Below, one piece after another: positions 50,820 to 63,861 of a stretch of 64,000 bases of DNA. Every line of letters starts with the position of its first letter. Position 1 is the stretch's first letter. The notes below the pieces were generated by a model. The model had not been told where the DNA came from, did not search any database, and saw nothing but the letters and a program-made list of their open reading frames with translations. Source of the DNA: Mobula hypostoma (taxonomy: Eukaryota); contig NC_086118.1 of assembly GCF_963921235.1 (NCBI RefSeq), positions 27,592,001-27,656,000 of the forward strand. The letters run 5' to 3'. The position numbers and the translations under genes were made by a program.

Positions 50820-51090
50820 CCAAGCGTGATCTTCGACTGTGAAATAACTCTGCAGCGGAGACACTTTTATACGGTAGGAAATCCAACAGACGGTCTGCAC
50901 ATAGCAAGCTCCCACAGGTCCCAATCGGCTGCAGAATGACTGAGTAATCTGCCTATTACAGACTGAGAGTTAACTATTCGCTTGGACACAAAGCAACTTT
51001 GCTTTGTTGTTGTAGGAAACAGACATTTTATTAGAGCTGAATGTACCTCAGTTTAATGTTTCATCTATAAAGGATACCAACTAAGTGCTG
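50820..51090 (-). mobile_element. Deu-domain SINE remnant
   Basis: 'gtaggaaa...ctgcacatagcaagctcccaca...aatgactgagtaatctg...cctcagtttaatgtttcatct'. Confidence 0.5.
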
Positions 51091-51295
51091 CAAATGTTCT
51101 TTTATTTCTTGCTTAGTAGGTGCACAAATTCTGGCATTTAAAGTATTTATTTAGTGATACAGCCTCCCCGCCCAACTAGCCTGTACTGCCCAATTACACC
51201 CATATGATCTATTAACCTACTAACTTATCTGACTTTTGGAGTGTCAGAAGAAACTAGAGCACTTGGAGAATGCCAATGGGGTCATGGAGAGAAGG

Positions 51296-51559
51296 TACAA
51301 ACTCCTTTCAGATGGCAGCAGGAATGAACTTGGGTTGCTGGAGCTGTAACAGGAGTATGCCAACTGCTAAGTAAAAGAAAGCTCTCCAAGTGCTGGAGAA
51401 AAATTACTAATTTATGATTTATGATTTAGGAGTTACAAACTCCTTTCAGATGGCAGCAGGAATGAACTTGGGTTGCTGGAGCTGTAACAGGAGTATGCCA
51501 ACTGCTAAGTAAAAGAAAGCTCTCCAAGTGCTGGAGAAAAATTACTAATTTATGATTTA
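51296..51559. repeat. Perfect 126-bp tandem duplication with 12-bp spacer
   Basis: 51296-51421 is identical to 51434-51559. Spacer tgatttaggagt. Confidence 0.9.
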
Positions 51560-54500
51560 ACTGATGAACTTTCATGTCTCACCAGTTAATATCAATCTTA
51601 TTATGAATCTTTGTTCTGCCTTTCCCTCATTGATTTTTAGTTCCTCACAACTTTTCCTCCTGTACTGATGCTTTTGTCTGAATTGAAAAGCATTTGTCTG
51701 ATTTGAAAAGTATTTCAATGTGGTCACAGATGGCCAGGGAGGCTTCCCTTTTTGGCAGGAATATATAGTGTGACATATCTTTAAAGCAGTTTTATTTACG
51801 CAAGTCAAATCCTACACAAGGTTCCAATGTGATTAGTTTCAAAAGATGTAAAACTATATTTTCATTTTCTCATGTATTATTACAGATGTTAATAATGGTT
51901 ACAATGTGTTTTAATAGGAGATAATAATATTTTCTGTAAATACTTAACAAAGAAACCACACAACAAAATTCACATAGTATGTCATATTTATCAGGAATCT
52001 TTAATCATGATTACAATAGGGATGGAAAACATCTATTTGTAATTCTCGCAGAGCACAGATTTCTATCTTGTATTTAGTTTCAAATAGCAAAGAGATTTGC
52101 ACTTCTAAGAGTGCATTTGACACTGAACAAAAGAACACAATAAGCAGTAATAAGTATTCCAATTTTATGTTTCTCAAATAATGTTAGCCATTTCACATGT
52201 AAGTAACATAAAGCTACAGGCAACCATTTGGGAGTGTGTGGGTTTCAATATTTTTAAAGTATAAACATTCACTGAAAGCTTAGCATTAAACTACTAAGAT
52301 TACTTAATTAAAAGTCACCTCTTGTCTATATATCTTATAACTGAAGGTATAAAATTATACTCTACATATTCAGCTTAAAGCAGCAGCAACAAATAGTTAT
52401 TTTATTTTTGATGAATGGAACACTGCTAATGAACTCTTGTAGAAAATTTATGATCAACGAAATATTGCACAACACTACTTCATTTACACAGATAGCAAAC
52501 ATTTCAAGATGATTTTTTCACATCAATGCAATCTTCAGATAACATAAGATTCAATTTTGTTAAATAAAAACACATGTTCTTCATTCATTCTCCACGGAGA
52601 GGTGAAATTCCTCTTTTACCTGCCTGTAACAGTTTTCTCCTTTGTTTGAAATGACCTGTTTCTAGTTATATCTAAAAGTGGAAAGCAACTCACTTTAAAA
52701 GGAGACATTTCTACATTCCTAGGCAGCGTTATGTGGCTAAATGAATGAAGCTGTGCCTATTAGAATGCAAATGACTACATGTATTCCACTGAGAATTTAT
52801 ATTACATGTATAGAGTACAGGTAGTAAACTTTATATTCATGGTTTACCATGAAACTAAATAAACTGAGTTGTGAAGATCCATGTATTTGTACAAATATAT
52901 TTATATTCATGTTTCTCAGCTTACTAGGAAATGCTCATGATTAAGGCTAAATAATAAGAAATGGTGGCCTTAAAGGCATTTCAAATTGTCTGACTTCAGT
53001 CTATCATGGAACCAAGTTATACCCAACGCCAGGATATCACATCAGGACATTCCCAAGACTCAGCTATGTTTTACCAGAGCAGCCCGTGTTGCTTTAGTTT
53101 AAATTCAATTTCACCTTCCAACATGACGGAACATTGACTAGAATAAACCACATGCAAATAAAAACAATTCTGTGCTCTCGGCGTCTTTGAAGTTTGGTTT
53201 AGCTAGGTTAGAAAAAGTCCACTTAACTCTTCAAAATTTAGCTTTATGAGTCTAAAGCAGTTATTACCTTCCAATGTATTGTGAATACCTCTAATTTATT
53301 TTTCAATATATTTTATTCCAAACAATTATTTTTAAATCGAAGAGATCTTGCTTTATAGAATAACCTTACCCTAAATTAATATATCCTATCTTATTTGCCT
53401 GATATACTTTGAATTTATATTGTAGTTTGCTTTATTTATGATATAGATGAGATTTTTTTTTTAGCTGATTTATTTTTACAGTAATGTGCGAGATTCAATA
53501 AGTTTTCTTTACAGCTTACACAATTTATATTGTTACATCATCCAGTTAATTTTCCTGTAAACTCTCCAGTAAGTTCATGAGTTTGGCAGTGTGGATGAGG
53601 TTTGATAGAATTCTATGTCAGTCTCTTGCCTGTCTGCAGGATTTTTGGAAAACACTGAAGATTCTGTTGTTAGGGTTAAACAAGAGATAGGGCCATGGTT
53701 GTTTGGAATGGAGAACTTTAGTTCTGTTGAGAGTTGGGATAGGCTCGGCTTCTTTTCCATGGAGGGAAGTAGGAAGTAGGAAGGAGTGATCTGACTGAAG
53801 TATAGAGAATTAGAAGAGACATAGCTCGGGTAGACAGCCCTTTACTTCAGGAAGGCATATATTACAGTGAGACAAATAGATTGAAAAAGAAAGCTGAGGA
53901 TATTTTTAAACACAGAGAGTGATTGATAACTGGAATTCAATGCTACAAGAGCTGATGAAATCAGACATAATCATTACTTGAGTATGTAGGTCACAGAAAT
54001 ATATGAATGTAGTGTGTTTCTGTGCGGTACAAATTATGACTTCATGTACCTGGAGAAGAAAGAAAAAGACAAGCAAGTGATTTGGACACTGGGAAATAAT
54101 TTAAAATTTGAAGTTTTGGAGGGTGTGGGACTGAATATAAGCACTTTGGACAGTTCAAGACAAAGACAGGCTTAACACAATAACCATTTGATCTGCAAGT
54201 AGTAAGATCATTGACAATGGTTTCAGCAACATATGGCAATGTTTCAGAAATGAAAGGGGGTTGTTTTGTAGTTTTTGTAAAGAAGGAGATCTGGGAATGA
54301 AAGCTCACTTCAGAGTCAGATAGGTTGGACGGTCTGTTTCAGAAAAGTCTGGTCAGGAAAGCATGGAATGAAAACACATTTGGCATTTAAAGAACGTTAA
54401 TGAGAAGTATAACTCATGGATGCATAAACAGTAACAAGAATGTATTAAAATGTTAAATCATATGTCCAAATATTCCTTAAATTAAAGATTATGATCTCAC

Positions 54501-57500
54501 CCCTCCTAAGATAGCCTCTGCTGTTGCAAATTGCATTAGTCTCTTGTTCCAGAGTAATCTCTGTGTTTTCCTACTGTTGAAATACATCAAATACAAAACA
54601 TCTGATTTGAAAATTAATTGCAGCTTTTCTGAAAAAATGCTTTAGCTTCTACCCATTCTTCTTTCTTTTTTATCAACTCCTTAAACTCTATCTCAAATTT
54701 ACATTGACTTTTAAAATTTCCTCTTCATAATTATTTAAATAAACCCAACATTCTTCTTATCCAGGAGCTTTTTTTTTCCACAGGTTGCTGGTTCATACTT
54801 TTAAAAGCAGTCCTATATTAAAGAAATATCATCACTCTCTGGAAAACAATGTCAAGTGGATTTTATACACAACAGATCTATTCTGTTGGCCTAGCAGGGA
54901 AAGTGAAAAATGATTTCCTGAGAAAGATGGCCAATTTTGAATTCAATGGAACTTCTGGTACTCTCGATGCCAAGGATGGGCTGTATCTCTTCAAAAAACC
55001 TTAAATCAGTTTCTCATCAGATTCCTCCCTTTTTCTAGACACTGAGGATTAGACTGCTGGCTGGTTCAGTGCTGGCAATGCAAGCATTTCAATATGCAAA
55101 CTTACAGACTAGTCTATAGAAGAAGAAATTGAGTTTAACTTTGTCCTTGAGCAAACTGCCACAAATACTGTCCTTTTCCTTTGTCTTTGCTGCAAGTTAT
55201 TCATGGCACATGTCTTGCCTCCATTTTGTTCTCAGTATAAGAGCTCCATGATCTGTTTGTGATGACGGTGAAACTGACAGAAAGCTTGTTTTCATAATCA
55301 TTGTGTTATGCTTTTTTCCTCACCATCAGGTAATGCTAAAGTTTTACTTATCTAAAATCCAAAAGGGACATAAGTTACTGAAATAATGAAGGGATAGACA
55401 AATCAAAAGGTACAAGCTTACGCCAGCTACAAGTTTAAAATCAGAAAGGAGTACATGTTGAGACAGTTGTAGAATAGGAGAAGTCTGGAATAAGGTATGA
55501 AGGCCCCTAAGTTTTTTCTCCAACTAGCCACAGCCTCAGCACTGGGTATTCCCATGATTTTGATCACAATTGTTTTTCCATTGTCACCGGACTAGGTGAC
55601 CCATCTGGCCCTTCTAGTGTCCAATTGTTCACCCCCTGTGCTTCAGTATTGCGTGATAATGCTATATCACTGCCACCAAAGAGCTGACAATGCGTTCAAG
55701 CTATGAGAATTGGGTGTGAGATAAGTAACAAGGCTATCTGTTTGAGGAGGTGATGAAGTGTTTGAATGTTCGGTATAATTTTTGACTGACAGAGTTTATC
55801 AGTAAGTGAGCGATGGCGATATGCTGTAGTGTGAGGTGCTTGAGATTAATAGAACAATTGCTGGGATGTAATTTTTGGAAATACATTCACTAACCTTGGC
55901 TACATGCAGGATTATTCTTATGACTATCCAGTTCTTGGCATTGATCTCCAAGCCCCTGCACCACTGTTTCCTGGTCACTCTTGGATATAGAGCATCTCTC
56001 CTCATCTCCTCACCAAGACCTTTGGTGCAACTTACTGAATCTATGCTGTCTCCAATGCTGCACCATTCAATAGTTTCATTTAATATCAGAGAAATGTAGG
56101 CAAGGTACCGTACAACCTGAAATTCTTGTTCTTCACAGACAGCCATGAAAACAGAAGAGCATCTCAAGGAATGAGAGACATTAAACCCCTCCCACCCCAC
56201 TCCCTCCTTATTATGCACAAGCAGCAGCAAAGCAGCAACCCTCCCCCACCCCTGCTTACTTTCACAAAATGATATTCCCCAAGTTTATTTCCCAGCAGAA
56301 TACTCATTGGCACTTCTAACCACATTGAACCTTCTCTTTAAAACTTACAGACCAGTTTTAACTGGTGCTAGATTCTATAATGGACTCGGATGAAGCGTTC
56401 AGTAGCTTTTGCACTAACACTCTGCTACATTCAATGTAAGAAGTAGTCTTCACAGTTAAATATTAAATTTAGCCTTCTGTGCACTAACTGAGCGTAACTG
56501 AATGCAAGACCACATACGAAATGTATACTATTAGGAAGTTAAAGAAGCACATGCAGATAATAAAGAACACAGTAAAAATGCAGACATATGCTGGCAGAAC
56601 TATTACTTGTTGGCAATATGTTTGTCAAACAGAAGGATCATTTGTGATCAATGTCATATGTTAAATTTTACTTGCTTATAACTATTTGCCTTCTCACAAT
56701 AAAAATACTTTGTCCAGGGCACTGGCCCTGTAATGTTATTTCCCATCAGTCAGCATTGGGACACATATAAAGTGCAATAAATACTGTCTGTTTATCATTT
56801 TGAAAAGAAGAAAAAAAGTATTAATCACACCCTTCCTGTGCTTTGTAGATATATCACAGAAATTAGGTTGTTGTAAATTGTTGTGATTTTTATTCCTCAT
56901 GCAGAGTTCAGGAAACAATCCATGAGAAGATTCCTAAGTTTGATTTCTTGGTGAAAACACAATAAATGACCTGTGTATGGCACCAGCCAAGTCTGTGTTT
57001 GAAATTATACTGTATATCGCTTATAGTGCAGAAATTATTTAAAATAATTCCTTTAACCTCCAGCAACTTCACATTCTTTCCTTCTGTAAATCTTCTGTTA
57101 TGTGGTTCTGTTAGACCATTTCCTTTTCACTTTCCCATTGTCACTGGCCTTCAGTGTGTCAATCCCATTCTTCATTGGGTGCCTCTTTCCATCCCTATCA
57201 CCTCTCAACTTCTTATTTTTTTTCCTAGCAGTGTTTCTATATCACTTTGACATGTATAGCTTGATCTAAGCATTTTGTTTCTAATCCATGCCCTTCTTAA
57301 ATCCAGATCAGTTCTCAGCTCTCACGCCTGCTTCTTTACGTCATGTAAATTCATCCCTTGTTGGTTAACCCATAATACTGCATAGAAATTTACTTTTAAA
57401 CTTCAGTTCTGTTGACTACAATGGAAATGAATTTCAGAGGGGATGCACAACCTGATAATATCAATATACCACAGGTTCAGCACACCTAATCAAGAATAAA

Positions 57501-58769
57501 TATCCAGGTAGTAATATTTAGTTGTGCATTATACATTCAGTTAGACTATGCAGAGAAAAACTAGCGTCTGCATTTGCTGTGCAATGTCCATTTATCCTTA
57601 AAGGAATTGTGTGATGTTGTACAAGATAGACTAGCTTATTTTGTTTTCATATTACCAAGATGCAGGAGTGCTTTGGTCTGTTTCATGGCAACACCTATGG
57701 GCCTTGACAATATACATTCCTTCTTTCTGCTTCCCTTGCCCTTATCACCTCGGTGACTTATCAGGAATTAGAATCAGTGTCAGTGGGAAGGCCTGGATCA
57801 GCAGGCTGTTTGGCAGTGTCTCACTGATCCCATTCAATCTTTACATATAACATCAATATATCATAATGTTTGTCTTCACACAATTTTCCCCCTGTATATA
57901 TTCTGTGCTCCAAGACATGCTAAAAGAATTTCTAATCTAGCATACTGTCAGCATAAAATACTTTTTTTCTTAACAGTACTGGAACTTGCCTTTTGCAGTG
58001 GCTTTAATCTAATTAATTTCTTTTTGAACACAGAAAGCAGGTATTTTGTTACACAGCATGCTTATGTAAAGAGGTCTAAGTGCTGTTTGCTCTTTAATGA
58101 CTACGAACAAGCGAGATACCTACAAGCTTCGGATATGGCAATATTACAGACCAGATTTTTCTGATCAGATTTGAAGCTATAAACAATCCAGGATTCTTGT
58201 TCGACAAATTCTTCCACATATCATCCCTGTGAAAGTGGCTTCCTTCACCATGGCTGACTGGGCCTTCAGCATCAGGAGGGAAAATCAGTGATCAGGTTTC
58301 AAGAGGTGATGCAGTCTCACGGTCAAAGCAAGATTTCTTCTTACTGATATTGGATGGTAGATTATTTTCTCTGCAACACAATAACATTATTCCAATGAAT
58401 ATCAACATGTACGAAATATATTGTTCCAATAACTGTTTTCTAATTCTCCTTTGTGAACTAAAAAGCCTTGTAACTAATTCTAAATGAATCACACAAGATT
58501 AACTTTGAGTGTGGTTAGGATGTGAATGAGGTGGATTGCATAGACACATCTGCGAGGAAAGTAGACGAGGGAGGAAGGGATATGCTGATGAAGAAGGGTA
58601 AAAGGAGAAACAAGTAGCACTATGTTGTTTGAATGGCAATTGTTTTGCTCAGTATTTGTTACAGAACTTTGTAACAATTGGTGATCCAAACCACCAATTT
58701 GAAAAGGTATCTCAGCAAATGATTCAAAGGGAATCAGAACCATCTCATTTCGGTCTCTATCTCCATCAT

Positions 58770-59275
58770 GTTCAAAGTTCAAAGTAAATTCATTGTCATA
58801 GTGTCACCATATACAATTCATTTGAAATTCATTTTCTTGTGGGATACTCAACAAATCTTTAGAATAGTAACTATAACAGGATCAATGAAAGCAATAAATA
58901 ATGAGAACAAGAGATAATGAGATAAAAAGTCCTTAAAGTGAGATCATTGGTTGTGAGAACATTTCAATGATGGGGCAACTGTGTGTAGTTACTCCCTTTT
59001 ATTCAAGAACTTGGTGGTTGAGGAGTAGTAACTGTTCTTGAACCTGGTGGTGGGAGTCCTGAGGCTCTTGGACCTTCTACCTGATAGCAGCAGTGAGAAG
59101 AGATCATGACCTGGGTGGTGGAAATCTCTGATGATGGATACTGCTTTGCAATGACAGCGTTTCATGTAGATGTTCTCATTGGTATGGAGGGCTTTACCTG
59201 TGATGTACTGGGCTGAATCTACTAACTCTTATAGGATTTTCCGTTCAAAGGATTTGGTGTTTCCATACCAGGCTG
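58770..59275 (-). mobile_element. Rex1/Babar 3' fragment
   Basis: Tail 'ttcaaagttcaaagtaaatt' and the reverse of the Rex1 C-terminal region 'aacctggtggtgggagtcctgaggctc...ctacctgat'. Confidence 0.65.
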
Positions 59276-59989
59276 AAAAAGTTATTTCTAGAATTAATAT
59301 TAACTATCGGCAGATTTATACATCAATTAATTTTTAAAGCTTTGTTTAGGAAGAATTTAATTCCTAGATGATCCAAAATGGCCCTGTAAGTAGCACTAAA
59401 GCATCAAGGGCCAGTGGATATCTCCTAGAATGGGTCCTGAAGAAGGGTCTCAGCCCAATGCATTGACGGTTTATTCAAATGGCCTGACCTGTTGAGTTCC
59501 TCCAACACTTTGTTTGTGTTGTCCTAGAAATTACTTTTGGTTAAACATTTGTTGATAGTATTTAGATACAACGAAATTAAGATAATCTCTTACAAAGCTA
59601 TAAATGGCACAACTTCTTGGCTTGAAATATTTCCAGATGACCGAAACAACTGTATTACTTTTTCTTGCCTATGTCTGTGTTTAGTACAAACCACAGTCTT
59701 TCAATTTACTTCTTGATGAAATAAATAATTCAAGAAAATAATTCACAAGTTTTTACATGGCTATTTTCATGCAGTTTTGCCTCACCTCACTGTTCGAGCT
59801 GGCAATGATATTAGTTGTAAATTATTTGAATTCATGGGCTCAATGATTTTAGTTTACAGTCAGAGGAATCCACTGCTCAGCGAAGGTTTTGTGAAGTTGA
59901 ATAAGACCAGCATTAAAGCAATCTTCACAGTCATTGAAAACTTGATTGGCACTATTAATGACTGTTTTGAAACCCTTGCTACATAATTT

Positions 59990-60985
59990 AGATTCATAGA
60001 ATCACAGAGTCATAGAAAAGTACATCGTGAAAACGGGATCTTCAGCTCATCTAGTCCATGTTCATTCATTTAAACTGCCAAATCCCATCAACCTGCATCC
60101 AGACCATACCCCTCCATTGCCCAGCCATTCACGTTCCTATCTAAACCTCTTAACATGGAAATCGATCTTACATGCATCACGTTCTGGCAACCCACTCCAC
60201 ACTCTCACGGTCCACTGATTGCAGAAGTTTCTCCCTTATCTTCCCCTTAAACATTTCACCTTTTACCCTTAACCCATGACTTCCAGTTGTAGTCCCACCC
60301 AATCTCAGTAGGAAAAGCCTACACTTAACGTGTCGATATCTCTCATAATTTTGTATACCTCTATCAAATTTCCCCTCAATCTTCTTCGTTCCAAGGAATA
60401 AAGTCCTAACCTATTCAATCTTTCCTTATAACTCAGGTCCTCCAGTCCAGGCAACATCCTTGTAAATTTTCACTGTACTCTTTCAACCTTATTTACATCT
60501 TTCCTGCAGGTCAATGACCAAAACTGCACCCAATACTTCAAATTAGGCCTCACCAACATCTTATACAACTTCAACATAACTTCCCATATCTTGTACTCAG
60601 TACTTTGATTTATGGAGGCCAATGTGCCATAAGCTTTCTGTATGACCCTATCTATCTGTGACACCACGTTCAATGATTTATGATCATATATTCCCAGATC
60701 CCTTTCTTCTACCACACTCCTCAGTTCACTGTGTAAGACATACCCAGGTTGATCATACCAAAGTGCAAATCCTCACAATTGTCTGCATAAAGTTCCATCT
60801 GCTATTTTTTAGACCATTTTTCAGCTGGTGCAGATCCCGCTGCAAGTTCTGATAGTCTTCCTTGCTGTCCACTGCACTCCCTATCTTGGAGTCATCTGCA
60901 AATTTGCTGATCCAGTTAACCACATTATCATCAGGATCATTATTACAGATGACAAACAACAACAGACCAGCACCGATCCCTGCAG
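59990..60985 (-). mobile_element. CR1 3' fragment
   Basis: 'ISKFADDSKIG', 'LVRPNLKYWVQFWS', tail 'catagaatcacagagtcataga'. Confidence 0.88.
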
Positions 60986-61019
60986 CATGCAGGTCAGTCA
61001 GAAAGGCAACCAGCTACTA

Positions 61020-61490
61020 CCAGTTTGGAGGAACAACACCTTATATTCCGTCTGGGTAGCCTCCAACCTGATGGCATGAACATTGACTTCTCTAACTTCT
61101 GTTAATACCCCACCTCCCCTTCATACCCATCTGTTATTTATTTATTATTATTATATATATTTTTTTCCTCTCTCTCTTTTTCTCCCTCCGTCCCCCCTCA
61201 CTATACTCCTTACCCATCCTCTGGGCTTCCCCCCTCCCCCTTTCTTTCTCCCTAGGCCTCCCGTCCCAGGATCCTCTCATATCCCTTTTGCCTATCAACT
61301 TTCCAGCTCTTAGCTTCATCCCTCCTCCTCTTGTCTTCTATCATTTCAGATCTCCCCCTCCCTCTCCCAATTTCAAATCTCTTACTAGCTCTTCTTTCAG
61401 TTAGTCCTTACGAAGGGTCTCGGCCCGAAACGTCGACTGTACCTCTTCCCATAGATGCTGCCTGGTCTGCTGCGTTCAACAGCAATTTTT
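61020..61490 (+). mobile_element. PLE 3' end with mutated hammerhead motif at ~61403-61438
   Basis: 'EEQHLIFRLGSLQPDGMNIDF' and 'agtccttacgaagggtctcggcccgaaacgtcgact' (core CTTACGA instead of CTGANGA). Confidence 0.85.
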
Positions 61491-61589
61491 AAGTATGTAG
61501 CCTAGGTTAAATTGTATGTTCTACAGGGAGGGGTTGGTCCTTGAAGCTTCCAAAGTCTATGGTAGGAAGATACATATGGTAGCAGGTAG

Positions 61590-63858
61590 GAGGTTCTGCA
61601 AAGTTAATTCAGGGAGTTAGGTACTAAGTTAAAGGACAGGACCTCCAGGGTTGTGAACTCATGATTGCTACCCATGCCACATTCTAATGAGGTCAGAAAT
61701 TGGAAGATCATACAGTTCAACAGGGTGGCTCAGGATGGTGTAGGAGGGAGGGCATAAGATTTTTGGATCATTTGGCTCTCTTTCAGGGAAGGTGTGACCT
61801 GTACAGAACAGACAGCTTGTACCTGAACTGGAGAAGAACAGATATCATAGCAAGAAGGCATGCTATGGGTGCTGCACGGGGGTGAGGGGTTAAATTGAAG
61901 TTGCAGCATCCTAGAACAAATAGTGAAGAGATTGTGGAGAGAAATGTTATTAAGACCTCAGACAAAGAGAGGAATCAAAAGGCTGAGTATGGTGGGACTA
62001 ATGTTCTGTGTTGCAAATATTTAATGCAAGATGTACTGCAGGAAAGGCAGATGAGCTTAGGACATGGATCAACACATGGAATTGCACAAACGTAGTATTG
62101 TAGCCACTAATGAGACTTAGCTGCGGGAGGGACAGGACTAGCAGCTCAATTTTCTGGGGTTCCTTTATTTTAGATGCCACAGAGCAGGCGGGATTAAAGG
62201 GGAAGGGTATTGTTACTATTCAAAGAAAATGTCATGGCATTGCTTGGTCAGGACAGACTGAAGAACTCAGCTAGTGAGGCTTTATGGTTGGAACCGAGAA
62301 ATAAGAAAAGTATGACCATGTTAATAGGGCTATAATTATAGACCCCCCCCAACAGTCCACAGGAATTAGAGGAATAAGTTTGTAGAGAGATTGCAGACTG
62401 TTGCAAGAAACATGTTGTTGTTGTTCGTCCTTCGTAGTCGAAGATGACCATGGCTTCAAAGTCAAATGGGAGATTGGTGGCTGTGGGTCCAGAGGTGACT
62501 GATGAGGCCGATCCCGGCCCTGAAGGCTCACCCACATGTGGGACACAAGTGAGTGGGTGCTGTCGTGGCAGTGGATGCTGCTCGGGCCTTGCGCACAGCA
62601 CGCTTTCGTTGCGCCTCGATGATGCACCTGACTTCAGCTGCACGGGCTCCTGTGGTGATCTTGCTGCGCTAAGCTGGACGGTCGAGGGCAAGCGTCTCCC
62701 ACGTGTTGATGTCGACACCCAGGCCTTTGAGGGACGCTTTGAGGCAGTCTTTGTAACGTTTCTTCTGCCCCCCGACTGAGCGCTTGCCCTGGCACAGTTC
62801 TCCGTACAACAGCTGCTTAGACAATCGGCTGTCTGGCATTCTGACCACATGTCCAGCCCACCTGGCTTGGGCTTTCAGCAGGAGGGTGTAGTCGGTGCAG
62901 AGCCCAGCTCATTCCAGGATTTCCGTGTCGGGGACTTTGTCCTGCCACCTGATGTGGAGGAGTCTGCGGAGACAGCTCAGGTGAAAGTGGTTGAGCTGTT
63001 TGGTGTGTCTGCTGTAGACAGTCCAGGTCTCGCTGGTGTAAAGGAGGGTGGTAAGGACCACTGCACAGTAGACCTTCAGCTTGGTGGTAAGGCATGAAAC
63101 ATAAGGTTGTTATTGTAGGTAATTTTAGCATCCACATATTGACTGGGACTCCCATACTGTTAAAGGACTCTATCAGATAGAGTTTGTGAAATGTGTTCAG
63201 GAAAGTTTGCTTCATTAGTACATGGAAGTCGCAATGAGAGAGTGTGCAATACCTCACCTGCTGTTAGGGGAGGATTCAGGGCAGGTGACAGAAGTTTGTG
63301 TAGGGGAACACTTTGCACCTAGTGATTATAATGCTATTCGTTTCAAAGTAAATATGGAAAAATATAGTTATGGTCTGTGTTTGGAGATTGTAATTGGAAA
63401 AAGGCCTGTTGAGATGGTATCAGAAAGGTTTTGGCAAGTGTGGACTGAGACAGGGTATTTTCTGGCAAAGAAGTTCTAGGCCTTCAAAAGTGAAATTTGG
63501 AGGGTACAGATCTTGTATGTGCCTGTCAGAATAAAAGGTAAAAATGACCGGTTTAGGGAACCTTGGCTTTCAAGTGATATTGAGGCACTCATTAAAAAAA
63601 GGTGGTTGCATTCCAGGTATAGACAGGCAGGAACAAATGAGGTACTTATGGAGTATAAGAAATGCAAGAGAACCCTTAAGAAAGAAAGAAGGAGGGCTAA
63701 AAACAAGACATGAGGTTGCCCTAGCAGACAAGTTAAAGGAGAATCCGAAGGGATTCTACAGATATGTTAAGTGCAAAAGGATTCCAAGGAGCAAAAATGG
63801 TCCTCTGGAAGATCAGAATGGTAATCTATGCACGGAGCCAAAAGAGATAGGGGAGATC
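61590..63858 (+). mobile_element. Degraded CR1 (ORF1 C-terminus plus EN region) split by an RTE insertion
   Basis: 'WCRREGIRFLDH..LFQGR.DLYRTD.L.LNW' (CR1 ORF1), 'GQVTEVCVGEHFAPSDYNAIRF' and 'KENPKGFYRYVK'. Confidence 0.85.
62414..63095 (-). mobile_element. RTE-clade (BovB-like) LINE 3' fragment with 7-bp TSD
   Basis: Minus frame 'TKLKVYCAVVLTTLLYTSETWTVYSRHTKQLNHFHLSCLRRLLHIRWQDKVPDTEIL...RWAGHVVRMPDSRLSKQLLYGELCQGKRS.GGQKKRYKD...CPTCG..FRARIGLISH'. (CAA)n tail. TSD gaaacat at 62407-62413 and 63096-63102. Confidence 0.9.
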
Positions 63859-63861
63859 TCA

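Noticed and set aside
62248..62850. 200-aa ORF
   Set aside because: It is an alternative frame of the GC-rich RTE fragment running into CR1 sequence.
4355..63858. Minus-strand bias of CR1 copies as proof of an enclosing plus-strand gene
   Set aside because: The younger copies are minus, but many older ones are plus. The counts are too small and no exon was identified.
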